The translations under genes were made by a program, and so were the position numbers. Below, piece by piece: positions 9,487-18,261 of a stretch of 64,000 bases of DNA. The DNA lies in assembly GCA_019118545.1 (NCBI GenBank), contig DWYT01000120.1, positions 1,568 through 65,567 on the forward strand. The letters run 5' to 3'. The notes below the pieces were generated by a model. The model was not told the origin of the DNA, did not search any database, and was given only the letters and a program-made list of their open reading frames with translations. This stretch comes from Candidatus Mediterraneibacter merdavium (GTDB lineage: Bacteria > Bacillota > Clostridia > Lachnospirales > Lachnospiraceae). The stretch's first letter is position 1. Each line of letters begins with the position of its first letter.

Positions 9487-11872
9487 CTGTATCCCCGCCT
9501 CCCGTCGCATCGTCCGTCTGGTCTGTCCAAAGCTCCTGCATTACATAATATGATTTCTTGAGTCTCTCGTGGAAGGTCACCTTTTCACCCCAGCCTTCAA
9601 GCTTTAGCGGTTCCATGGGGATGCGTCCCTCACTTCCGTCTCCCTCGTCCTTCCCGACGCCTACATATATTTCGTCAATGGACAGATTTTCCACGCCGTA
9701 ACATTCATAGTAGTCGTCGTGCACCTGCATCTCAGATGGATTGGAAAAATTAAGGAGCTGCCACGGCAGACGTACCTCTACATAGTCCCCGGAAAACATA
9801 AAATCTGCCAGAGAATCGAACGCTTTGTCGTCAGGATTGGCATTTCCGTACCGCAGCTTCCCTGTCTCGTATGTCTCTGACAACGCGGCAAAATCTTCTG
9901 TCGTAAATACTGTGGCTGTCTCAAGGATCAGACGTATGGGATGAAACACCGGGGAATCTCTGTCCACAGGGTTCAGATAGGCGTCTGTCCCCTCTGTCTC
10001 AGGGGAGTACATCGCCCGGAGTACGTCATATCTTTCCTGCACAAGCACCCTGCTGTTTTCCTTTCCGTCTATCACCATCAGGAAGTCCGCCGCCCGCTCA
10101 AAAGACACGCCCGGTTCCTGACAGTAGGTGCTCCCGGTCTTTGGCGTGATATCAAAGGGGACATAGAGCGCATCTTCCTTCTGGTTAAAGTCTTCTTTAT
10201 GGATCAGGAGATAGAGGAATTTCTCGTCATATTTCACAGAAAGGGACATGTCGTCCGTCTCTGTGACCAAGTCTTCCTCTTTCCACTCTGAGATATCGCC
10301 GTCTACATAGCAGACGCTCTCCTCCTCTCCCGGATCAAATGCCAACAGCCCGAAGAACTGCTCGCTTGTCTGATAGTCGCTCCAGTACGCCGAGTTGTCC
10401 AGATCTACCGCATGCATGGTATTCCACGTGCGTTTGAACCACTCGTCCTGCCACGAGAACACGAATCCGCCCTGACACCCCGCGTCCTTGATATCCTGCC
10501 AGCACTTTGCGAGTCCCTCAGCCTGTTCGTCCTCGGACATATGCCCCTGATTGCGGTTCGTAGACATGTCATTCTGCGACATCCCCCTTGATGTAGGGAT
10601 GCCAAACTCCGAGATAACGACCGGCATTGTATGATATTCATTCAATATCCTTAAATATGTATAATAGGTATTGCGCTCTCCGCCCTTATCGAGATAATTT
10701 CCTTTCAGATAGTCCATCACATAAGGCGCGTTCTTCTCCGCATTTCTTGCCTCGATCCGCTCTATCGTCTCGCGGCGGGTCGTTATCTCTTCCCTTTCAC
10801 TCTCAAGGAGCGCCTGTATCTCCTCCTCTGTCCTTGACTCAAGCCGCCCCGTCCTCTCAAGCTGATCCATGATAAATTCCGCTAGCTCATCCCCTGTCAG
10901 CCCGCTGCCCAAGAGGGACTGCGCATAGTCAATATATTCCAGATGGGCCGGATGGTACGGATAGACATGGTATGAGACAAACTGCCCCGACAGCAGGGCG
11001 TCCGTCGTCAGTATATGCTCCACATCTACTTGGGCGCATTTCTGGAAATACTGGGTGATAAGCCCCGGATATACGAAGGGATCTGTATCCGGCCAGTTTG
11101 AAAACGCGATCAGCTTCTGCTGCTTGTATCTGCTGCTCTCATATTCCAACAGCCTGTCACCCACCTCGCAGAGCATAGCCTCAAAGGGACTTGCTTCTGA
11201 TGAGGTGTACAGATATTTTCCCTCATAGTTTGTCCGCTCCGGGTATTTTTCATTTGTATACTCTACGGTGACATCCTCCCATTCAACGCCTAAGATATAC
11301 CCTATGACCCATTCGGAGATGTCTTTCCTGTAACTGCCCGAGCCGACGCCGTACCCCAGAGAGACAGTTCTCTTCCCGTGAAGGACATCTACCAGTGTGC
11401 GGCAGTCATTTATAAATGTCTGCCGGAACTCGTCGTCGTAGGCGTCCCTGTGGGAATACTGGATATAATCATTGACCCACACCCCATGTACCAGATAGAG
11501 AGGGTCTTCCCGGTCTTTATTATACTCGTAGAACGCATTGTAAAAATCATCCGCCAGAAGTGTATATACGCGAACCGTATTGGCTCCCATCTCCTGAATC
11601 TGTCCAAACCACCGTATATATGTCTCCTCGTCTATGGCATAGTCTGTTGACCACTCTCCGGGTATGCCGCTTCCCAGATCCACGCCCCTCATCTCGAACG
11701 GCTCCTTCACGCCGTCCTTCTCCATATATATTTCCTTGCCCTCCACCGTCATAAATGTCTCTGCCGGATCGTCCGGGTGCAGGTCAATGTACAGTCCGAA
11801 ACGGTAATATGCTGTATGCCAGATAAAGACAGCGAGTACGGCTGCCGCTGCCGCAATGATAAATTTTTTCAT
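9473..11872 (-). CDS. Secreted/anchored glycoside-hydrolase-like (GH-A TIM barrel) protein associated with GT2
   Basis: Signal anchor; MGANTVRVYT, LGVEWE, SYHVYPY, VISEFG and FSWQDEWFK motifs. Confidence 0.65.
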   Translation of the reverse strand: MKKFIIAAAAAVLAVFIWHTAYYRFGLYIDLHPDDPAETFMTVEGKEIYMEKDGVKEPFEMRGVDLGSGIPGEWSTDYAIDEETYIRWFGQIQEMGANTVRVYTLLADDFYNAFYEYNKDREDPLYLVHGVWVNDYIQYSHRDAYDDEFRQTFINDCRTLVDVLHGKRTVSLGYGVGSGSYRKDISEWVIGYILGVEWEDVTVEYTNEKYPERTNYEGKYLYTSSEASPFEAMLCEVGDRLLEYESSRYKQQKLIAFSNWPDTDPFVYPGLITQYFQKCAQVDVEHILTTDALLSGQFVSYHVYPYHPAHLEYIDYAQSLLGSGLTGDELAEFIMDQLERTGRLESRTEEEIQALLESEREEITTRRETIERIEARNAEKNAPYVMDYLKGNYLDKGGERNTYYTYLRILNEYHTMPVVISEFGIPTSRGMSQNDMSTNRNQGHMSEDEQAEGLAKCWQDIKDAGCQGGFVFSWQDEWFKRTWNTMHAVDLDNSAYWSDYQTSEQFFGLLAFDPGEEESVCYVDGDISEWKEEDLVTETDDMSLSVKYDEKFLYLLIHKEDFNQKEDALYVPFDITPKTGSTYCQEPGVSFERAADFLMVIDGKENSRVLVQERYDVLRAMYSPETEGTDAYLNPVDRDSPVFHPIRLILETATVFTTEDFAALSETYETGKLRYGNANPDDKAFDSLADFMFSGDYVEVRLPWQLLNFSNPSEMQVHDDYYECYGVENLSIDEIYVGVGKDEGDGSEGRIPMEPLKLEGWGEKVTFHERLKKSYYVMQELWTDQTDDATGGGDTDVGK

Positions 11873-11895
11873 ACTCGTCTTTTTGCCACCTGTTT

Positions 11896-13464
11896 TTAAT
11901 GATTGTATCTCTTATTCTTAGAGGCATGGCTGTACTGGCTGATCACCCCGATATTGTCGTCCAGCCAGCCGCCTCTTGTCTTTATATATTGTTTCAGCTG
12001 CGCGACTGCTCTCTCGTGGCTTCCGATATTCCTGCTTTCCGGCCTTAAGAGCGGAAGGTCAAAGGTATAGTCCCACACAGAGAAATTGCGGTCTATGGCG
12101 TCTCCCAGATATTCAAGAGTTTCGTCGATATACTGCTCCAGATATTCGTCGCTTAGGTACGTTCCCCGAAGCTCCCGGTACCGGCTGATGATACGCTCTG
12201 TAAAGTTCTCGTCTTTCATCAGCATGAAGAACCACGCCTCCTCCTGCATATGGAAAGTATAGGGGCTTGTCTCGCCCGCCTGATAATTGTCACAGGCAGA
12301 GTTAAAATCCCATATGACCGTCTTGTAGCGTCCCCCGATATCTTTATACAGATATGTAGAATATCTGCCCGCGTCAGTATTGGAAGTGAACTCGTTCAAT
12401 ATCCAGTAGTCCACAAACGACCCGGTGTCTATATATTGCCAGTATCCGTAGTCATCCGTATCATAATCAAACGAATACAGCGCCTTCTCAAAATCTGAGA
12501 ACTCCTGTTCAATCGCCTCTTTCATCTCAAGGGTCAGCGCCCCGCTCCTCGGATAGCGTATTTCCATCTGATTATTATTCTGGAAAGTGTATGATGTAAA
12601 ATTGTCTAAGTTTCTAAGCTGTTCCTGCGAATACCTGTCCAGCCGCAGCAGATAACCCGTCTCGGCAGTCTTGTCGACAGGCTCAGAGATACTCAGACGG
12701 CAGTCCGTGCCGTTTGTGACCGTCTCTGTCATAAGATACAGGCCGATATATTTTCCATCCAGTATGACCTCGCAGAAACGCACATTCGGGGCATAATCCA
12801 TGATCTCGCCCGCGATGTTATACCACATATAGTTCCTGATCAGGCTCTTGTCCAGATAGGGACCGTGGAGCGCCCACTCATAATGAGCGGCCATTCCCAT
12901 GATCTCTTCCTCCTGATATTCGCCATTGCTGTCTGTAAATCGCAGGAGATAATTCTTCTTGTCAAAACGCCTTGAGGAGTTGCCCCGGACACGCATGAGG
13001 GCGGACGACTCCACATCCGGTTCATCCTCCGGGTGATGCCATTTATCGGGATTATCCATGACGCTCACTTTGACAGAGAGCATCTCCGAGCCGTCTGATG
13101 TCGTCGTGTACAGTTCTTCATCCTCAGATGACGTATCCTGTGTTTCGTCCGCCTCAGCCCCGCTCTGCGCCGCGCCGGGCAGCTCCATGGCTGCTGCTTC
13201 CGCCCGTTCCGCCTCGTCAGACAGCATGGTCCACTGAGGTTTCGCTCCTACTCTGGCTCCCGGAATCTCCTCGCCGCCTGTCTCTATGACAACAAGCGGA
13301 AGGTGGGTGCACAGTTGGGTACCCTCACACATGCACTCCCCGGGAACGGGCTCAAGATGCTGGTGTATCCTCACTTCGGGATTATCCGCATCCACCTGTG
13401 AAAGGCCGAATGTCACACCGGCCATACATAGGAGCGCTATTGCCCCGGCCACTTTATACCTCAC
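11896..13464 (-). CDS. CotH kinase family protein, exported
   Basis: Signal peptide; VRGNSSRRFDKKNY, DKSLIRNY, YIGLYLMTE, NTDAG and IWDFN motifs. Confidence 0.85.
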   Translation of the reverse strand: MRYKVAGAIALLCMAGVTFGLSQVDADNPEVRIHQHLEPVPGECMCEGTQLCTHLPLVVIETGGEEIPGARVGAKPQWTMLSDEAERAEAAAMELPGAAQSGAEADETQDTSSEDEELYTTTSDGSEMLSVKVSVMDNPDKWHHPEDEPDVESSALMRVRGNSSRRFDKKNYLLRFTDSNGEYQEEEIMGMAAHYEWALHGPYLDKSLIRNYMWYNIAGEIMDYAPNVRFCEVILDGKYIGLYLMTETVTNGTDCRLSISEPVDKTAETGYLLRLDRYSQEQLRNLDNFTSYTFQNNNQMEIRYPRSGALTLEMKEAIEQEFSDFEKALYSFDYDTDDYGYWQYIDTGSFVDYWILNEFTSNTDAGRYSTYLYKDIGGRYKTVIWDFNSACDNYQAGETSPYTFHMQEEAWFFMLMKDENFTERIISRYRELRGTYLSDEYLEQYIDETLEYLGDAIDRNFSVWDYTFDLPLLRPESRNIGSHERAVAQLKQYIKTRGGWLDDNIGVISQYSHASKNKRYNH

Positions 13465-13501
13465 CTCATCTACCCCGCTTTCCCTTTATGATTCCCGGTC
13501 T

Positions 13502-14179
13502 TTAGCTTCCGATCTCGTCGTTTTGCATCACAATATTACAGTACTCTATGTTCCCGATCTCATAAACTGCCGATGTGATGCTTTTGTCCTGTAATTTCTT
13601 TTTTTCCAGCATCTTTTTGGTTAATTCATAGATAAACTCCACGCTCGTCTCGGTGGTGTTCTTCACCCGCATCTGTGCTTTACCAGCGAAATACTGGAAA
13701 ATAAGAGCCTCCACCTTCTCCTCATTCACACGCGCCGTCCGTATGATGATGAGGATACGGTTGTCGTTTTTCACTCTGCCGAACAGGAGCAGGACAACGA
13801 ATATAAGCGCGCTCCCGCACGACGCCACCACGTAATCCCCCGCGCCGCAGCAGATACCCACTGTGATGCACCAGAATATGTACACTGCGTCGCGCGAGTC
13901 TTTGACCGCTGTACGGAAGCGGACGATGGACAGCGCGCCGACCATACCAAGCGACAATGCGATATGATTTCCTATGACGATCATGACAGTCGTGGTTATA
14001 AGCGTCAGTACGACAAGGGAGATATTAAACTTACTGCTGTATATGCTCCCGTCATGCGAAAGCCTGTATGACAGGAAAATAAAAGCCGCTATGACTGCCG
14101 CCGCGCACAGCCTTAAGATGATCGCTTCTGCGGACAGGTCTCCGCTTGCCTCTATGGCGTCTAAAATAAGTTTTTTCAT
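13502..14179 (-). CDS. DUF4956 membrane protein
   Basis: IALSLGMVGALSIVRFRTAVKD signature; several TMs and a soluble C-terminal domain. Confidence 0.88.
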   Translation of the reverse strand: MKKLILDAIEASGDLSAEAIILRLCAAAVIAAFIFLSYRLSHDGSIYSSKFNISLVVLTLITTTVMIVIGNHIALSLGMVGALSIVRFRTAVKDSRDAVYIFWCITVGICCGAGDYVVASCGSALIFVVLLLFGRVKNDNRILIIIRTARVNEEKVEALIFQYFAGKAQMRVKNTTETSVEFIYELTKKMLEKKKLQDKSITSAVYEIGNIEYCNIVMQNDEIGS

Positions 14180-14246
14180 GCTTCATACTTCTCCTTTTTA
14201 TCTTTCTTTCAGTCCGGCCGCGCCCTGTGCGGCACCGGAGCATATG

Positions 14247-14942
14247 CTAAAGCTCATACCCGCAGCCAATGCCTCTTGCAAGACAGTATTTGCTCACAGA
14301 AAGCTCTGAGCGGTCCGCCGCGTCAAGAACACTTTTTATGTAACTGAGCAAAAAACCGTTGTATTTCACTTCAAGAACCGCATTGAACGGGTCGAGCACC
14401 GGATATAGGCTGAGATCTTCCGCAAATATATCATATCTTGCCTCTGTAGCTATGATCTTGGAATCAAAGGTAATCCTGATGGAGTTCTCCTTCGCGATGT
14501 AGGCTTTCCTGAGATACTCCACCACTGTCTTGGGGCGGTAGCCCTTCATGCACATGACCCCGTAGCACTCCGCCGCGAACGGCTCCTTATATTTCAGCAG
14601 TACCCCGTATTGTCCCGCGATAAGAGCCTTTGCGTCCTCCCTTGAGAGCCTGAGAGAGCGTTTCCTCTGGAACATCCCTTCTTTCTGCTTCATCTCCAGC
14701 ATTGCCGTCTTTGCTTTCGGATCGTATATCCTGAGACGGATCTTTTTCCTTAGAAGAAGTCCGTCCACTTTGTCGCGGAAGTCGTCGTCATAAGGCGTGT
14801 CAAAATACAGTGACCGTATGCTGTATCCGTTTGCCCCGTTGTGCCTGTCCTCCGTGAGCACCTGACTTAATTTCCCTGACAGTCTTTTCACATTTTGGAT
14901 GGTCATCAGGTATTTTTTCTCCTGACGCAAAACCTCGTTCAC
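14247..14942 (-). CDS. VTC domain (polyphosphate polymerase, CYTH/TTM fold) protein
   Basis: RQEKKY, YSIRSLYFDT, RKKIRLRIY, LEMKQK, RITFD, LEVKY and SKY motifs; GTG start with GGAGG RBS. Confidence 0.88.
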   Translation of the reverse strand: MNEVLRQEKKYLMTIQNVKRLSGKLSQVLTEDRHNGANGYSIRSLYFDTPYDDDFRDKVDGLLLRKKIRLRIYDPKAKTAMLEMKQKEGMFQRKRSLRLSREDAKALIAGQYGVLLKYKEPFAAECYGVMCMKGYRPKTVVEYLRKAYIAKENSIRITFDSKIIATEARYDIFAEDLSLYPVLDPFNAVLEVKYNGFLLSYIKSVLDAADRSELSVSKYCLARGIGCGYEL

Positions 14943-14969
14943 CCTGTCACCTCCCTCTCCCCGGCAAAG

Positions 14970-15021
14970 AAAAAAGGCTGCAAATATTTTCGGAAATCCT
15001 CTCCAAATAATATCCGCAGCC
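14970..15021 (-). terminator. Intrinsic terminator forming the riboswitch expression platform
   Basis: Minus strand GGCTGCGGATATT...AATATTTGCAGCC-TTTTTT; the 5' arm is shared with the 3' end of the aptamer. Confidence 0.8.
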
Positions 15022-15134
15022 TGACTATCATAGCACCGCCTCTGGATCCTTATAATCCGGATCAGATAGACTGCCTTAGACTCATAGCTTTGCGCCCCTG
15101 CTTTTCAACAGGTTTGCCTGTCTTTTCGTTATTT
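15008..15134 (-). ncRNA. c-di-GMP-I (GEMM-I) riboswitch
   Basis: Minus strand GGCAAACCTGTT-GAAA-AGCAGGGGCGCAAAGCTATGAGTCTAAGG...ATGATAGTCAGGCTGC matches the GEMM-I consensus; G at the Vc2 G20-equivalent position favours c-di-GMP over cGAMP. Confidence 0.9.
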
Positions 15135-15147
15135 ATGCCAGTAACTT

Positions 15148-15176
15148 ATTCTAATATCTGCCACATTGTTTGTCAA
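15148..15176 (-). promoter_or_regulatory. Sigma-A promoter for the riboswitch and VTC operon
   Basis: TTGACA-17 nt-TAGAAT on the minus strand just upstream of the aptamer. Confidence 0.8.
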
Positions 15177-15286
15177 CCCTGACAGAAAGTTTACTCTTTT
15201 CGGAAGAAAATTACTTGTTACAGTTCACACGCATGCCTAAGGGCGGCTGCTTTATGCTTGCATAAGGGGGCAGACGGCCTTATTTT

Positions 15287-15523
15287 CTATAGAAGACACT
15301 CGTGCATGGCCTCTTCCCCGATGCCGCTGTCCTCCATGACTTGTGAAAGCCGCTCCCGCTCCTCAAGCGGAGCGCACCACGCAAGTCCGCACCCTGCGGA
15401 GATAGAGCGGGGTACAGGGATCAGCCTTCCGGGCACCTCCCGTCCCCTGCAAGCCTTCTCCATTGCCATAGCGTCCGCCGTCGTATGAAATGTAACTACA
15501 AGCTTTAATTCTTTTTTCCTCAT
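15287..15523 (-). CDS. DUF3343 protein (selenium-cluster associated)
   Basis: TFHTTADAMAMEK and GRLIPVPRSISAGCGLAW. Confidence 0.85.
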   Translation of the reverse strand: MRKKELKLVVTFHTTADAMAMEKACRGREVPGRLIPVPRSISAGCGLAWCAPLEERERLSQVMEDSGIGEEAMHECLL

Positions 15524-15556
15524 ACTGTAAGTTCCGTCTCCTCAGCGATATGAATC

Positions 15557-15760
15557 TTAGCTGATCACCACCGCGAAACCGTCCTCTGTCTCTTCCGTGG
15601 TAAAGCTGATGTTATGATCCTTGGCATATTTTTCCACATTCATTTTCTGATGAGGCTCTGATACAAGCACTCTGACCGGTCTTTCGCCGGATTTTACCGC
15701 TTCCTCTGTGAGCATGACCGGCTCGGGGCAGGAAAGCCCTCTTGCGTCTACTGTTTTCAT
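15557..15760 (-). CDS. TusA/SirA family sulfur(selenium)-carrier protein
   Basis: VDARGLSCPEPV motif, 67 aa. Confidence 0.88.
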   Translation of the reverse strand: MKTVDARGLSCPEPVMLTEEAVKSGERPVRVLVSEPHQKMNVEKYAKDHNISFTTEETEDGFAVVIS

Positions 15761-15771
15761 CCTCTTTCCCT

Positions 15772-16869
15772 CTACTTTCCTTCTGTTCTTTTATTCAGAA
15801 ATGCAATTACAAAGCAAACCGCGATGCAGATGATCACCGCTATCTTACCATTCAGCGGCACACTTCCCGCTGTGATCGCTCCTGTTGCCGCGTCCTTTGC
15901 CGTGCCGCTTGCCGCCAACCCCAGATTGTGCGCTAAAGCAGCTCCCACGAACATACCTACTACTGTCACCGCAGAATCGGATGAACCCTGTCCCGCGAGG
16001 ATCAACTGGCGCAGCGGGCAGCCGCCTGCAAGAACTCCCGCGAATCCCACCGCGTACATTCCGAGGATATTCCAGAGATGCTCAGAGTGCGCGATCACTC
16101 CCGGCGTGTCAAACGCGGGGACGAATCTTCCTGTCGCGATATTAAAGATCAGCATGACTACAAAGAATCCGCCGATAATCGTCAGCAGGTCAAAGTTTCT
16201 CATCAGGATCACATCGCGGATGCTTCCGGCAAAGCACATCCTTGCTTTCTGGGCGAACGCTCCGAAGATCAGGCCACCCGCCAGTGACATCAGCACCGGT
16301 GCGTGCATGCTTCCCGGTCCGCTCTCACTGCTCTTTAAAAGTGTCGTCGCCAATGCCAGCACAAGGATTCCCACAAGCAGCAACGGCAGTACACCGCCGT
16401 TCATTTTGTTGGCCGCGTGGGCACGTCCAAGGCTGAAGCCTTTTTTCAGGGCGATCACTCCTGTTCCCACTCCGAGAACAAAGCCGATCAGTGCGACCCA
16501 TGCGTTTAAGTCACCTGCTGACATACGGATGATCATCCTCAGCGGGCATCCTAAAAATACGAGTGATCCGATCACAAGGATCATCCCCAGTACAAACCGC
16601 ACGACAGGTGATGATCCTGCTGTGGAACGGTACTCTTTTGTAACGACAGATATTAAAAATGCTCCCAGCACAAGACCGACGATCTCCGGCCTTACATACT
16701 GTACTGCCTCTGCGGAGTGCAGTCCCATCGCTCCCGCTGTATCACGGATAAAGCACGCGATACAAAACGCCATATTCGCCGGATTGCCGAAATACGCAAG
16801 GCATGCCGCCACAAGACCGCAGACGACTCCGGCAAGCGCAAGTTTCTTCTTTGAATCTGACAGATTCAT
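15772..16869 (-). CDS. yedE: YedE family putative selenium transporter
   Basis: GNPANMAFCIACFIRD, LGCPLR, RMCFAG and GGCPLRQL Cys motifs; polytopic membrane protein. Confidence 0.88.
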   Translation of the reverse strand: MNLSDSKKKLALAGVVCGLVAACLAYFGNPANMAFCIACFIRDTAGAMGLHSAEAVQYVRPEIVGLVLGAFLISVVTKEYRSTAGSSPVVRFVLGMILVIGSLVFLGCPLRMIIRMSAGDLNAWVALIGFVLGVGTGVIALKKGFSLGRAHAANKMNGGVLPLLLVGILVLALATTLLKSSESGPGSMHAPVLMSLAGGLIFGAFAQKARMCFAGSIRDVILMRNFDLLTIIGGFFVVMLIFNIATGRFVPAFDTPGVIAHSEHLWNILGMYAVGFAGVLAGGCPLRQLILAGQGSSDSAVTVVGMFVGAALAHNLGLAASGTAKDAATGAITAGSVPLNGKIAVIICIAVCFVIAFLNKRTEGK

Positions 16870-16965
16870 GTTCTTTCCCTCCTGCTCTTTCCTTCCAGCA
16901 TGTCTTTTAGATCACATTCTCTCTGATCATATTCTCCCAGATCGCATTATGAGCGATCGCAGAGC

Positions 16966-18111
16966 TTATTCACACGCCAGATTTTTCACGGCATTTATCG
17001 CAAGATCGATTTCCTCTTCTGTGTTGTAATGGGAGAAGCTAAAGCGCACCGCCCCCTGCTCCACTGTCCCCAGCGCCCTGTGCATCAGAGGCGCACAGTG
17101 TGCGCCGGGACGGGTCACAATCCCGTATTCTTCGCTGAGTTCATCACTGACCTCAGAGGAATCATAGTCGCGGATATTGAGGGTAACGATAGGCGCGCGC
17201 CGGTCAGTTTCAAAATCGCCGTATATCTTCACGCCCGGTATAGCGGATACCCCCTCATAAAATCTCCGCATCAGCAACAGTTCCCTCTCCCGGATGGCGC
17301 CCTGCCCTCTTCGTTCCAGATAGGACAACGCTGCCCCCAGTCCGGCGATACCATGTCCGTTCAGCGTACCCGCCTCAAGAGCCGTTGGCATCTCGGAAGG
17401 ATGATGCGGATTGTATGTATCAATCCCGCTGCCCCCTGACAGAAGCGGACGAATGCTTACACCTTCTCTTACCCACATCCCTCCGGTTCCCTGCGGTCCG
17501 AGCAGACTCTTGTGCCCGGTGAAGCAAAGAACATCAACGTGGCATTTCTCAACATCAATGGGATATACTCCCGCAGTCTGAGACGCGTCCACAACGAACA
17601 GAGTCCCGTGCTTTTCCGTGATCTCCCCCACTTTTTGGAGATCAATCATATTCCCTGTCAGATTGGACGCATGGGTACAGACGACTGCTTTTGTATTCAT
17701 TCTGACAGCCGCTTCTAATTCCCCATAAGAAATATTTCCTTTCTCATCGCATCCTAAAATCGTCAGTTCCACGCCCTGTTGTTCACATTCATATAACGGA
17801 CGCAGTACGGAATTATGCTCGAGAACGGTTGTGATCACATGGTCTCCTTTTCCAAAAAGACCCTTTATGGCAATATTCAGGCTTTCCGTGGAATTAGCCG
17901 TAAATACGATCTGTCTGGCATTTCCGCCGTGAAAAAGCCTCGCCAGCTTTTCTCTTGTGTCATAGATCACTCTTGAAGCATCCAGAGACGGACGTGACGC
18001 TCCCCGCCCTGAATTCCCCATAGAATCAAAGGCGGCCATAACAGCCGCCTTTACCTCATCCGGTTTCTGTATCGTTGTCGCCGCATTGTCCATATAGATC
18101 ATAGGTATCAT
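16966..18111 (-). CDS. Cysteine desulfurase / selenocysteine lyase family (class V PLP enzyme)
   Basis: YMDNAATT, HASN, DASQ, FTGHK (PLP lysine) and RPGAHCAP (catalytic Cys); start 18111 or 18102. Confidence 0.9.
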   Translation of the reverse strand: MIPMIYMDNAATTIQKPDEVKAAVMAAFDSMGNSGRGASRPSLDASRVIYDTREKLARLFHGGNARQIVFTANSTESLNIAIKGLFGKGDHVITTVLEHNSVLRPLYECEQQGVELTILGCDEKGNISYGELEAAVRMNTKAVVCTHASNLTGNMIDLQKVGEITEKHGTLFVVDASQTAGVYPIDVEKCHVDVLCFTGHKSLLGPQGTGGMWVREGVSIRPLLSGGSGIDTYNPHHPSEMPTALEAGTLNGHGIAGLGAALSYLERRGQGAIRERELLLMRRFYEGVSAIPGVKIYGDFETDRRAPIVTLNIRDYDSSEVSDELSEEYGIVTRPGAHCAPLMHRALGTVEQGAVRFSFSHYNTEEEIDLAINAVKNLACE

Positions 18112-18185
18112 TCGTTTCCTTTCCATATGTATTGGTAGCGCCAATGTTAAGGGGTGTTTATCTTGTGATATTGTCCGTTGCTATA

Positions 18186-18261
18186 AGTATAAAACGCCCT
18201 CACAGACCCGTCCAATCGAAAACCCCGATAACTTTCCGGCACTTATAGATGTTATCTATAA
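18186..18261 (-). promoter_or_regulatory. Promoter with candidate LysR operators
   Basis: -10 TATACT (18186-18191), weak -35 TTGGAC; palindrome TTATAGAT-GTT-ATCTATAA (18243-18261) and ATCG-N7-CGAT (18215-18229). Confidence 0.6.

Noticed and set aside
15824-17029. 401-aa plus-strand ORF
   Set aside because: Antisense shadow of yedE with no recognisable motifs
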